Assembly: GCA_023269615.1 (NCBI GenBank)
Contig: JAHFSY010000008.1
Coordinates: forward strand, 68,052 to 132,051
Source of the DNA: Verrucomicrobiota bacterium
Lineage (GTDB): Bacteria > Verrucomicrobiota > Verrucomicrobiia > JABWAM01
DNA: 64,000 nucleotides
Direction of reading: 5' to 3'
In this document: positions 55,868-64,000 of the stretch, piece by piece
Layout of the letters: each line of letters starts with the position of its first letter
How positions within the stretch are numbered: the stretch's first letter is position 1
Notes under the pieces: generated by a model
What the model was told of the DNA's origin: nothing
Database searches by the model: none
Seen by the model: the letters and a program-made list of their open reading frames with translations, nothing else
Program-made: the position numbers and the translations under genes

Positions 55868-57507
55868 TCGAGACCTCCATTCTTCCTCAACAACGCTTTC
55901 ATTTCCGCGCGCCCAAGTTTTCCAGCCAGCGCAAGCGGCGTGCGGCCCTCCGCATCCTTCGTATTCACATCCGCTCCCGCCTTGATCATGGCCTCGACCA
56001 GGCTCGCGTTCCCGTATCGAACGGCGCGATGAAGGGCGCGCTCCGTCGGGCCATCCTTCGATGGGCTTGACGTCACGGGCGCGCCCTTGGATACATAGTA
56101 GCTGGCGATGGCCACGCTATTGGAGCACCATGGAAACTGCGCGTAGTGGAGGGACAGATCGAGCGGCGAATAGCCCGCCGAATCGCGCTCGTCAACCTTT
56201 GCGCCTTTCTCCACGAGGAATTGAACCCGGGTGAGATCATCCTCGGCGGTAGCCTGAAAGAGCGGATTCGGCAACTGAAACCCCTTCGCATCCACGGACT
56301 TTGCGCCGGCCTTTCGCAACGCGTCGGCGATTTCCGCTCGAAATCCATTCTCGGCGTACGCCAGCGCCGTGGCGCCACTCTGGTCCCTGCCCTCGACGCC
56401 GGCGCCCTTCTCCAACAGTAAGCGCACAGCTTCAAGGCTCCCGCTCCTTGTGGCCGCGATCAGCGGGGTGGCACCCTGGGCGTCCGGGGCATCCGGCTTC
56501 GCGCCCTTCGCGAGCAAAAACTTCATCATTTCCGTCTGGCCCAACGATGCCGCCATGGCAAGCAACGGGACGCCCGCTGCTGTCACTTCGTTCGGGTTTG
56601 CTCCCCTCTCCAACAGGAAGCGCACCACTTCGGCCCGGGGAGGGTTGGAAAAGAAAGCGACCTGCAGAAGGCTGTTACCCCCGGCATCCTGTTCGTTCAC
56701 ATCCGTCCCGGCATCCAGAATGGACTTTAATCCGGACACGTTGCCCGATTGAGCGGCCTGATGAGCGGAGTGGACCCTCGCAAACGTCTCGATGATCGCC
56801 CTCACCTCGGGATGATGGCCCCGGTCGCACTGACGTATGGCCGTGCCTCCGTCCTTGGCGACTTTCTTCCAGTCAGCACCGTGCTCAAGGAGAAGACTGG
56901 CGATGTCGCCGTGGCCCTTCTCGGCGGCAGCCATCAAGGCCGTCTGGCCGAGTTCGTTCTCATAATTGACGTTGACTCCTTTGTCGATCAAGAGCCGGGC
57001 AATTTCCAGGTGTCCCATCAGAGAGGCGTGGTCCAACGCGGTGGCACCATCGTACTCAATGGCCTTGGGGTCGGCCCCCTTCTCCAGCAAAAATTCCACA
57101 ACGGCGAGATGTCCCTTGTTGGACGCCATCGCCAGCGGCGTGGATGCCTTGGGACCTTTGGCATTCACATCCGCTCCCTTCGCAACCAGGAGTTTCACAA
57201 TCTCAAGGTGCCCACCCAGGGCGGCATTGGCCAGAATGCTCCCGCCCGACTTCCTTTTCACCTGCACACTCGCACCGGCATCGATCAAAACTTTCACCGC
57301 TTCCAAATGTCCCTCCATCGCAGCAAGGCAGAGAGGCGAGCCCCCTTCTTCATCCTGGACATCAATCTTCGCGCCTTTCCCAAGCAGAGCCTTCACCTGC
57401 GCCGCATCCCCGGCCTTCGCCGCCGCAAGCAGTTGCGCATCCTGATCCTGTCCCAACAAAACGCCCGCAGCCAGGACCAGGGCAAGAAATGCGATGCAGG
57501 CTTTCAT
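55864..57507 (-). CDS. secreted ankyrin-repeat protein (547 aa), paralog of 51600..52571
   Basis: Its N-terminal ~150 aa are nearly identical to the 323-aa protein, including the signal peptide. About 14 ankyrin repeats. Confidence 0.85.
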   Translation of the reverse strand: MKACIAFLALVLAAGVLLGQDQDAQLLAAAKAGDAAQVKALLGKGAKIDVQDEEGGSPLCLAAMEGHLEAVKVLIDAGASVQVKRKSGGSILANAALGGHLEIVKLLVAKGADVNAKGPKASTPLAMASNKGHLAVVEFLLEKGADPKAIEYDGATALDHASLMGHLEIARLLIDKGVNVNYENELGQTALMAAAEKGHGDIASLLLEHGADWKKVAKDGGTAIRQCDRGHHPEVRAIIETFARVHSAHQAAQSGNVSGLKSILDAGTDVNEQDAGGNSLLQVAFFSNPPRAEVVRFLLERGANPNEVTAAGVPLLAMAASLGQTEMMKFLLAKGAKPDAPDAQGATPLIAATRSGSLEAVRLLLEKGAGVEGRDQSGATALAYAENGFRAEIADALRKAGAKSVDAKGFQLPNPLFQATAEDDLTRVQFLVEKGAKVDERDSAGYSPLDLSLHYAQFPWCSNSVAIASYYVSKGAPVTSSPSKDGPTERALHRAVRYGNASLVEAMIKAGADVNTKDAEGRTPLALAGKLGRAEMKALLRKNGGLE

Positions 57508-57538
57508 CTGGATGAATTTGTCGTCGCAAATCCACCCG

Positions 57539-58471
57539 TTATTTGGCCACCAACGGAATCATCCGCTCGGCCAGTTCCTGTGCGGCTTTCTGGAGGGCGG
57601 TCTTCGCGGCGATCTGTTCGGAAAGGTCCACGGCCACGCAGGTTTGACGGTCCACGGCCAGGATTTTTCCGGTTGCCTTGTCGATTGCCTTCAGCTCCAC
57701 GCGGCCTTTGCATGACACCAGGTTGCCTTTGCGCATTCCGAATTCGCTCAATGCTTCGCCCTTGAACTCGATGTCCGCTTTTCCGCCCGTTTTGTCATCG
57801 ATGAGGGTGAAGCCGCATTTCTGCAGGATGAAGCTGATCTCGGTCTGCGCCGCCGGATCAATCGTGATGCCTCCGAAATGACGCTCGGGGATGTTCACTT
57901 CCACGGTTGGAAGTTTGTCGGCCTTGATGGACTTGCGGATCCGCTCGATCCGGTCCTCGGGCTTTTCCACCTTGGCCACGAGGTCCTCGGTATTCTTCGC
58001 AACGGTGTCGGCAATTTTTTTGGCGAGGTCTGTCGCGCCGTCGGCGATGGAGCCGGCTGCCGGCATTTTCGTCACGGCCCCGTACACGCGGCTTGTCTCC
58101 GTGCCGATCACCTTGGCCACCATCATCGTCTCCTTGTCCACTTTGAATACTTTTCCCGTGATGAGCACCTTCGCGCCGGTCAGGTGTCCGACCTTTGCCG
58201 CGGTCTCGGGCTGGATCGTTCCCGAAAGGCCGAGTTCCTGCTCGCCCAACGCCTTCTCCAATTCCGCGCGTTCCACGGTGATGATCCGCGCGTCGGCGGA
58301 AAGGTTCGCTGTCACGAGGTCCGACACTTTCGCGCCCAGATCGCGCGCGTCGCTGTCGGTGGATTCAAAATTGAAGACGGCGACGGTGAGGATTTCATCC
58401 TTCGCATGGACGGTGAGGGCGGCCAGCGCGAGAGCGGTGGCGATGAGGAGGAATGGTGATTTGATTTTCAT
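57539..58471 (-). CDS. secreted CsgG-like domain protein
   Basis: Signal peptide MKIKSPFLLIATALALAALTVHA. Motif LTVAVFNFESTDSDARDLG...IITVERAELEKALGEQELGLSG, typical of the CsgG/LpoB-like fold. The ORF extends to 58585. Confidence 0.55.
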   Translation of the reverse strand: MKIKSPFLLIATALALAALTVHAKDEILTVAVFNFESTDSDARDLGAKVSDLVTANLSADARIITVERAELEKALGEQELGLSGTIQPETAAKVGHLTGAKVLITGKVFKVDKETMMVAKVIGTETSRVYGAVTKMPAAGSIADGATDLAKKIADTVAKNTEDLVAKVEKPEDRIERIRKSIKADKLPTVEVNIPERHFGGITIDPAAQTEISFILQKCGFTLIDDKTGGKADIEFKGEALSEFGMRKGNLVSCKGRVELKAIDKATGKILAVDRQTCVAVDLSEQIAAKTALQKAAQELAERMIPLVAK

Positions 58472-58523
58472 GGGATTACCTTGATGGATTTGATTTTTGT
58501 AAATGGGAACGCAGAAATTTTTT

Positions 58524-58636
58524 GCCACAGATGGACACGGATGAAACACGGACTTGTTGGCGCTTGCCACGGCAAGCGCCGTCATGCTGAATCAGCTTGC
58601 TGAGCATCATCCGTGTAAATCTGTGTTGATCTGTGG
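58524..58636. repeat. MITE-like element with inverted terminal copies of the CACGGATGAAACACGGA motif
   Basis: GCCACAGATGGACACGGATGAAACACGGA at 58524-58552 and its inverse ATCCGTGTAAATCTGTGTTGATCTGTGGC at 58608-58636. They flank the hairpin GGCGCTTGCCACGGCAAGCGCC. Confidence 0.55.
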
Positions 58637-58659
58637 CTGTTTTCATTCTTTTGCGGAAA

Positions 58660-59661
58660 TCATTTGCTTGGGTCGGAAAGGATCGTGTCGGGGCTTGTGG
58701 CAATGCGGGCCAGCTCGAGAAGGCGGAGCTGGGAGAGGGGCGTTTCTGCGAGATCGGAAATCATCGCGGGACGCGCCAGCACGAGTACGCCGGCGCCCAT
58801 CCGCGTGGCACTCGCCGAGAGAGCGGCGTCGCTGAAGGGCTGGATCCACACGACGCCTACACCTCGCTCCGCCAGCTTCTTTACATTTTCACGGAAACCA
58901 GATGGCATTGTATCCTTCGTGGGAAATGGGCCGAGGATGGCGAGCTTTCCGTGGAATGCGTCGAAGCTCGTCCCCGCCGTGAGATCCTCGACCTCAACCT
59001 TGAGCGCTTCGAGGAGTGGTTTCATTTTTCCCGATGGATCCCAGATGCCGATGGGCTTGTCACCCCCGAGCGTCTTGAGCGTCTTGAGGGCATCGGCGGG
59101 ACATGCAATCAGGTCGGTTTTTCCGAGACGTCCATCCTTGTCATCCGTCCATTGCAACTGGAAGCGCAAGATGGTTTTTACCTCGGGGCAGTTCACCTCG
59201 AAATTTTCAAGGACGGTCTGGCCGGCGAGGATTTCAAGTTTTTTCCAGCCTTGGACCTCGCCCACGGGGGCCAGCGAGGAGGAGCTGGCTTGGAAGAGTC
59301 TCGTGCGAATCTCCGTTTCGGATTTCTGGCCGCCCCGGTTGTGAAACGTCACATGGATCGTTTGCGCCTTGCCGGCAAAAACAACCTGCGGAGTTTCATC
59401 AGGAACGAGTTCGATCTGTGCGTGGGTGGCGAGGGGCAAGATGAGAAGAAGGCATGCGAACACGGTTCCGAAAGGTAGGGCGCGCTCGCCGAGCGCGCCG
59501 TGGGGTTGCAGGGAAAAGAGCGACTCTACCAAATTTGACGCCTTCTCCCCAATACGGCGCGCTCGGCGAGCGCGCCCTACCAGGAATGTGGATTGAAGTG
59601 GGTGATTTTTCATGAAAACCTGATGGCTGAGAGCTGATGGCTGAGAGCTTCTTCCGATCAT
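58660..59661 (-). CDS. secreted hypothetical protein
   Basis: Signal peptide FGTVFACLLLILPLATHA. No recognisable domain. The start is uncertain because the 5' region contains palindromic repeat 59474..59581. Confidence 0.45.
   Translation of the reverse strand: MIGRSSQPSALSHQVFMKNHPLQSTFLVGRARRARRIGEKASNLVESLFSLQPHGALGERALPFGTVFACLLLILPLATHAQIELVPDETPQVVFAGKAQTIHVTFHNRGGQKSETEIRTRLFQASSSSLAPVGEVQGWKKLEILAGQTVLENFEVNCPEVKTILRFQLQWTDDKDGRLGKTDLIACPADALKTLKTLGGDKPIGIWDPSGKMKPLLEALKVEVEDLTAGTSFDAFHGKLAILGPFPTKDTMPSGFRENVKKLAERGVGVVWIQPFSDAALSASATRMGAGVLVLARPAMISDLAETPLSQLRLLELARIATSPDTILSDPSK
59474..59581. repeat. palindromic repeat of the GGTAGGG...CCCTACC family (variant with 26-bp arms)
   Basis: Arms GGTAGGGCGCGCTCGCCGAGCGCGCC and GGCGCGCTCGGCGAGCGCGCCCTACC, separated by 56 bp. 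Confidence 0.65.
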
Positions 59662-60251
59662 ATGGATGTGTCGAGCTTCTGCGCCTCGATGTGAAAGCTT
59701 TCGCCGGGCTTGCGGGTTTCCTTGCTGTGCCAGTAGAGGGATTTGCCCACGACCATCACGTTTCCTTGTGCATCCAGGAGCACTTCGTACGTCTTCCCGT
59801 CGAGCTGCACCTGCTGCCCGCTAAAGGTGATGACATCGTGGCAGTTCTTCCCATCACAAATTTTCAGAAGGAGCGGGGCGGACGATGGCGCTTCCTGTTT
59901 GTCGGCAAGAACGAGACGGACGCCGTGCTCGTCCGAGATGATGGCGCGCACCTGGTTGGGAAACAGGGAGGCCACTTCCTTGAATAGCTTGCGGTTTTGC
60001 GCAAGGGGGCTTTCCGTCACGCTTTTGGGCATTCCGTGCCAGTGTCCAAGCGCGAAGCCGAGGATGAGGCACGCGGCGGCGAAGCCAAGTCCCCAGGAGA
60101 AGGGAAGACCGCGACTTGTTTCGGGGGGGCGTTCCGCCGTCTGCAGGCGCGCGAGGACGCGGGCGGGGAAATTTTCCCAATAGCCGGCGGAGCGTTCCGG
60201 CACGCGGACGGAGCGGAGCAATTCGTCGAGTTGGGGATCGGATGGTTTCAT
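59658..60251 (-). CDS. putative anti-sigma factor (single-pass membrane protein)
   Basis: Short N-terminal cytoplasmic region, one TM (FAAACLILGFALGHWHG), and a C-terminal extracytoplasmic domain. Its start ATG overlaps the sigma-factor stop (ATGA). The ORF extends to 60368. Confidence 0.55.
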   Translation of the reverse strand: MKPSDPQLDELLRSVRVPERSAGYWENFPARVLARLQTAERPPETSRGLPFSWGLGFAAACLILGFALGHWHGMPKSVTESPLAQNRKLFKEVASLFPNQVRAIISDEHGVRLVLADKQEAPSSAPLLLKICDGKNCHDVITFSGQQVQLDGKTYEVLLDAQGNVMVVGKSLYWHSKETRKPGESFHIEAQKLDTSI

Positions 60252-60775
60252 GCGGGGGCTTGTAGCAGGCGTTTCAACTCCCTTTTGGCGATGAACAACC
60301 GCCACGAAACGGTGGTCTCGGAACATCCAAGCGCCCGGGCTGCGTCGGCGTGGTTCATTCCTTCGCACAGCGTGAGAACGACTGCGGCCCGCTGTTTGGG
60401 TTTCAATTGGAGAAGCGCCTGCTGGACGCGTTCCGATGCGCCTTCGTGATCGCGGGGCGCTTCGGTCACCGCGCCTAATTCCTCGTGGAAACGTTCGCGG
60501 CGGTCATGGCTCTTCCTCCAGTTGAGGCACTGGTTGACGGCGATGCGATGGAGCCACGAAGCGAAACGGGCATCGCTGCGGAACGAGCGGATCTGGTGAA
60601 AGGCTCGGATGAAGACTTCCTGCGCAAGGTCCTCGGCGTCGCTGAGGGAACCCGTCATGCGGTAGGCAAGGGAGTGGATCATGCGTTGGTGGAGTTGGAT
60701 GAGTTTCCCAAAAGCCTCATGGTCGCCCTTCTGGCTTCGTCGGATCCAATCGGTTTCCTGGTCGGGCTCGGCCAT
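60248..60775 (-). CDS. ECF (group IV) RNA polymerase sigma factor
   Basis: Region 2 (DLAQEVFIRAFHQIRSFRSDARFASWLHRIAVNQCLNWRK) and region 4 HTH (ARALGCSETTVSWRLFIAKRELKR). Start chosen at MAEPDQE; the ORF extends to 60940. Confidence 0.8.
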   Translation of the reverse strand: MAEPDQETDWIRRSQKGDHEAFGKLIQLHQRMIHSLAYRMTGSLSDAEDLAQEVFIRAFHQIRSFRSDARFASWLHRIAVNQCLNWRKSHDRRERFHEELGAVTEAPRDHEGASERVQQALLQLKPKQRAAVVLTLCEGMNHADAARALGCSETTVSWRLFIAKRELKRLLQAPA

Positions 60776-60958
60776 GGGTTGGGATTTACCTGATATGACA
60801 ACTGAAAACGACGTATCCTTTGAAAAAAATGATGGCCAATGCACAATTATGAAATCCAATTTTCTTGCTCTTTGGCTGAAGGCTGGTAAAAGTTGGGGAC
60901 ACCGCAATCCGTACACTGATCGTGCGTTGCGGCTTTTCAATCAACCGAAAGCAACATT

Positions 60959-61549
60959 GTGAGCGAATTCTTTTTCTGGCAGGCCATCGGTTTCATGGGT
61001 GGAGTCGTCTATTGCAGCTTCTTTGAATGGACGCTCCACAAGCACATCATGCACACGAACCTGAAGTGGTTCGACTACCCCTTCCAGGCCCATGCGGTCA
61101 CTCATCACGGCATCTTCAAATCGGATCATACCTATCACCTCCAGGAACCAGCAGACCGCAAGACCGTCCCGATGGCATGGTGGAATGGTCCGGTCATGAT
61201 CCTGCTTCATGTCCCCCCCTTTCTGCTCGTGCAGTGGCTGGTGGGGCATGGCATCCTTTGGGGCGGCCTCCTCGCGATGAGCGCCTACTACGCCACCTAC
61301 GAATACATTCACTGGTGCATGCACGTGCCCAAGAAGCGCAATGTGGAACGCTCAGGAATCTTCTTCCGCCTGAACGGACACCACCTGCTTCATCACCGTT
61401 ACATGAACAAGAATCTGAACGTGGTGCTGCCCCTCGCCGACCTCATGCTCGGCACGCTCGTTCCGCGCTCACCCATTTCCTTCGCCCAGGCGCGCGGCCC
61501 AACCATCCCCAACGTCCAGCCTCATTTTGGCGCGCCCCAGCCCGGTTGA
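60959..61549 (+). CDS. fatty acid hydroxylase / sterol desaturase superfamily membrane protein
   Basis: Histidine boxes HAVTHHGIF, HWCMH and HHLLHH. Several TM helices. Confidence 0.8.
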   Translation: MSEFFFWQAIGFMGGVVYCSFFEWTLHKHIMHTNLKWFDYPFQAHAVTHHGIFKSDHTYHLQEPADRKTVPMAWWNGPVMILLHVPPFLLVQWLVGHGILWGGLLAMSAYYATYEYIHWCMHVPKKRNVERSGIFFRLNGHHLLHHRYMNKNLNVVLPLADLMLGTLVPRSPISFAQARGPTIPNVQPHFGAPQPG

Positions 61550-61566
61550 TTGCCTCCGTTTTCGCC

Positions 61567-61643
61567 CTTGTAGGAGCCGCTGTCAGCGGCGACCGGGGAA
61601 CAGGCCGACCCCGCGGATCGCCGCTGACAGCGGCTCCTACAAG
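61567..61643. repeat. REP-like palindromic repeat (CTTGTAGGAGCCGCTGTCAGCGGCGACCGGGG ... inverse)
   Basis: Near-perfect 32-bp inverted arms with a 10-nt loop. Same family as 28895..28979. Confidence 0.7.
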
Positions 61644-61654
61644 ACCAAAATACA

Positions 61655-61921
61655 ATGAAAGTCCTGAAACAGCCCAAGGCGATCTCGCTTTATTCGCGCG
61701 CCATGTGCGGATGGTGCATTGACGCCAAGGAATGGCTCGACCTCATGGGCTGGAAGTACGAGGTGCACGATACCGGCAAGGACCCCGCCGCACGGCAAAA
61801 AGCGATTGAACTCAGCAACCAGACCCTCGTCCCCGTCATCGAGGTGGACGGCCATGTGCTGGGCGATTTCGACACCGGCCAGCTCGAAACATTCCTCAAG
61901 AAAAACGGCTACCTGGAGTAA
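61655..61921 (+). CDS. glutaredoxin-like protein (NrdH/Grx family)
   Basis: CGWC active site near the N-terminus, a TVP motif (QTLVPVIEVDG) and GGxdD-like C-terminus. 88 aa. Confidence 0.75.
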   Translation: MKVLKQPKAISLYSRAMCGWCIDAKEWLDLMGWKYEVHDTGKDPAARQKAIELSNQTLVPVIEVDGHVLGDFDTGQLETFLKKNGYLE

Positions 61922-61929
61922 GGATTTCC

Positions 61930-62085
61930 GGATGTCTCTCGCAAAGACACCAAGTCGCAAAGTTTCCGCATCGGACGGTCTCCCATGGTCCCAAGCGTGC
62001 CATTCCGATTGAAAGTCGCTTTCAATCGGAATGGCACGCTTTCATGCCTTTTTCAGACTTTGCGACTTGGCGTCTTTGCGCGAAA
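61930..62085. repeat. ~155-bp nested perfect/imperfect palindrome (MITE-like), related to 39588..39793
   Basis: Outer arms GTCTCTCGCAAAGACACCAAGTCGCAAAGT and ACTTTGCGACTTGGCGTCTTTGCGCGAAAC. Inner perfect arms AGCGTGCCATTCCGATTGAAAG and CTTTCAATCGGAATGGCACGCT. Confidence 0.6.
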
Positions 62086-62103
62086 CATTCCGAATAATCT
62101 GTC

Positions 62104-62895
62104 CTATTCCTTCTTCGGCTTCACTTCCGCCTTCTCCGCCGGGACTTCCCGGTAGCCATCGGCTGTCATCGTCTGGCGCTCGCGGATGTGGCTCAGGAAC
62201 AAAATCCGCACGAGGTAGTAAACCTCCATGCTCTTCGGCAGCCAGACTTTGTTCTCGTGGAACACCGTCTCGTACTGGATGCGCAGGATGCGCAGGCTCA
62301 CCAGGTCGAGCCATGCAAAAGGCATCGGCCGCACCAGGGAGCAATCCGCCTTCATGATCGCGAAGTATTTCGGATGAATCCAGAGGCGCCCGTGCAGGCG
62401 GGTGAGCACCTTCTGCTTCTGCCCCTCCGCCTTCTCCTCCATGTCCGGCTTCGGCTCAAAGTCGAGCATCCAGACTTTTTCGCCATTCAAATCCCCCTCG
62501 CCCACAAGTGAAAAAACATAAAACGGCTGCAGCTCGCGCATCTTCAGGGCCTCGGAAAACTTCCCCTCCTTCTCGTCATCCTTGTCATTCGAAAGCCCGA
62601 TGCCCACCTCGGCCTTGTCGCCCTGGTCCTTCAAGCCGCCCACGCTGAAACTCAGCTTCCCTTCCGGACGATAGGTGATCGTCTTCGTCTTCTCGCTCTT
62701 CACCTTTTCGTCGCCGTCGAGGCGTTGCGTGACGAGGTGCTGCTCAAATTCCCAGTTTTTCGCCTTCTCGTAATTGAGGTCCTCCTGCGCAACCACCTTC
62801 TCGATGATCTGGTCGGCGGTCGGCATCTCCGCCGCGCAACACACCGCAAGCGTGAAAGCCGCGATCGTTGTCCTTGCCAGCAAAGTTGCTCTCAT
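62104..62895 (-). CDS. secreted protein, possibly LolA-like outer-membrane lipoprotein-sorting fold
   Basis: Signal peptide MRATLLARTTIAAFTLAVCCAAE. Composition and length are consistent with COG2834-type proteins. The assignment is weak. Confidence 0.4.
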   Translation of the reverse strand: MRATLLARTTIAAFTLAVCCAAEMPTADQIIEKVVAQEDLNYEKAKNWEFEQHLVTQRLDGDEKVKSEKTKTITYRPEGKLSFSVGGLKDQGDKAEVGIGLSNDKDDEKEGKFSEALKMRELQPFYVFSLVGEGDLNGEKVWMLDFEPKPDMEEKAEGQKQKVLTRLHGRLWIHPKYFAIMKADCSLVRPMPFAWLDLVSLRILRIQYETVFHENKVWLPKSMEVYYLVRILFLSHIRERQTMTADGYREVPAEKAEVKPKKE

Positions 62896-62928
62896 TTAAC
62901 TTCGGCTCCTCATTGCAATTTTTTACTT

Positions 62929-64000
62929 ATGAAATCGTCCCACACCAAGCTCTTCATCCCCGGCCCCGTCGAGGTTTCTGAAAAAACTTTCCGCGCCTTT
63001 TGCAAACCCATGGTCGGCCACCGCGGCACCTCGTTCCAGGACCTTTATGCCTCGATCGCGCCCCAACTGCAACAATTGCTCTACACCAAAAATCCGGTGT
63101 TCCTCTCCACGTCGTCCGCATGGGGCGTGATGGAAGCCGCCATCCGCAACCTCGTCCGCCCCGGCAAAAAAGTCCTCTGCTGCATGTGCGGGGCGTTTTC
63201 CGACAAGTGGTTCGACGTCGCCACCTCCAACGGCCTCGCTGCTGAAAAGATCCAGGTCGAATGGGGCCAGCCCATCCTCCCCGAAATGATTGAGGCGAAA
63301 TTAAAGCTGGGGGGCTTTGACGCCTTCACGCTCATCCACAACGAAACCTCCACCGGCACGATGAGCCCGCTCGCCGACATTGCGAAGGTCATGCGCTCGT
63401 TTCCCGAGACGATGTTCATCGTGGATTCCGTCTCCTCAATGACCGGCGTGAAGATCGAAATGGACACCCTGGGGCTGGATGTTTTGCTCGCGGGCACGCA
63501 AAAGGCCTTCGCGCTTCCGCCGGGACTCACGGTCTTCGCTGTTTCAGCACGCGCCATGGAGCGCGCGAAGTCGGTTCCAAACCGAGGCTACTACTTTGAC
63601 TTCGTGGAGTTTTTGAAGAACCACGAGAAAAACATGACGCCTTCCACGCCCTCGATCGGGCACATCAACGCCCTGCAGTCCAAGCTGGAGGATATTTTCG
63701 CCGAGGGGCTCGACCGACGGTTCGCGCGCCACATGCAGATGGCGCAGATGACGCGGAAATGGGCGAAGGATCGCGGCTTTGAAATGTTCCCGAAGGCCGG
63801 CCATGAATCGATCACCCTGAGCTGCGTGGCCAACACGCGCAAAGTGGACGTCGCCGCATGGATCAAACGTCTCAAAGACAGGCACCAGTGCATCATTGAC
63901 GGCGGCTACGGAAAACTCAAAGGCAACACCTTCCGCATCTCGCACATGGGGGATGAAACGCCGGAGACCATCACCGCATTGCTCGGGTGGCTGGATGAAA
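62929..64000 (+). CDS. class V aminotransferase (serine-pyruvate/alanine-glyoxylate/phosphoserine aminotransferase family), 3'-truncated at the window edge
   Basis: The frame is open from the ATG at 62929 to the window end. It is not in the ORF track because no stop lies within the window. Motifs: FIPGPV, SSAWGVMEAA, NETSTG, and the PLP-lysine context LLAGTQKAF. Confidence 0.75.
   Translation, partial: MKSSHTKLFIPGPVEVSEKTFRAFCKPMVGHRGTSFQDLYASIAPQLQQLLYTKNPVFLSTSSAWGVMEAAIRNLVRPGKKVLCCMCGAFSDKWFDVATSNGLAAEKIQVEWGQPILPEMIEAKLKLGGFDAFTLIHNETSTGTMSPLADIAKVMRSFPETMFIVDSVSSMTGVKIEMDTLGLDVLLAGTQKAFALPPGLTVFAVSARAMERAKSVPNRGYYFDFVEFLKNHEKNMTPSTPSIGHINALQSKLEDIFAEGLDRRFARHMQMAQMTRKWAKDRGFEMFPKAGHESITLSCVANTRKVDVAAWIKRLKDRHQCIIDGGYGKLKGNTFRISHMGDETPETITALLGWLDE

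Noticed and set aside
54350-56032. 560-aa plus-strand ORF
   Set aside because: It is antisense to the 1099-aa secreted protein and the ankyrin gene. It is Arg/Pro-rich with no domains.
63081-63945. Minus-strand ORFs of 158, 133 and 101 aa near the window end
   Set aside because: They overlap the strongly supported plus-strand class V aminotransferase frame (62929..64000).
1-64000. CRISPR arrays, rRNA genes, IS transposases
   Set aside because: No regularly spaced direct repeats with unique spacers were found. No 16S/23S-like conserved stretches were seen. No DDE or HUH transposase motifs were recognised in any frame.

Overview
This is a GC-rich (~60-65%) bacterial chromosomal window. The gene content points to the PVC superphylum (Verrucomicrobiota or Planctomycetota): a DUF1559 protein with a prepilin-type N-terminus ([13 protein letters not shown]...DGH), PEGA-domain Ser/Thr kinases, many secreted ankyrin-repeat proteins, and a multi-domain giant protein. 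Most genes lie on the minus strand and are tightly packed, with several ATGA stop/start overlaps. Housekeeping and metabolic genes include tRNA-Ser(UGA), mutS, pyrE, galM, an SDR dehydrogenase, an MFS sugar porter, a beta-carbonic anhydrase, a XerD-like recombinase and three alpha/beta hydrolases. There is a two-component system next to a Ser/Thr kinase and an AraC regulator. A cell-envelope acylation/aminosugar cluster contains two DegT aminotransferases, a CN-hydrolase, an MBOAT acyltransferase and an SGNH hydrolase. Three PilT-family ATPases sit in tandem with a stand-alone cNMP-binding protein. The most striking block is a ~17.7 kb co-directional cluster (43066..60775), headed by an ECF sigma/anti-sigma pair. 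It encodes secreted ankyrin-repeat proteins, proteins with CsgG-like domains, two thioredoxin-like proteins and a 2391-aa giant with CsgG-like, beta-propeller, HEAT and ~15 ankyrin repeats. The non-coding DNA holds at least four families of GC-rich palindromic repeats. One of them sits in-frame inside an SGNH-hydrolase coding sequence. A PhyH-family dioxygenase gene is duplicated ~11 kb apart, and one copy carries an in-frame TAA. No CRISPR array, rRNA or obvious insertion-sequence transposase was seen. Many long antisense ORFs are GC artefacts.
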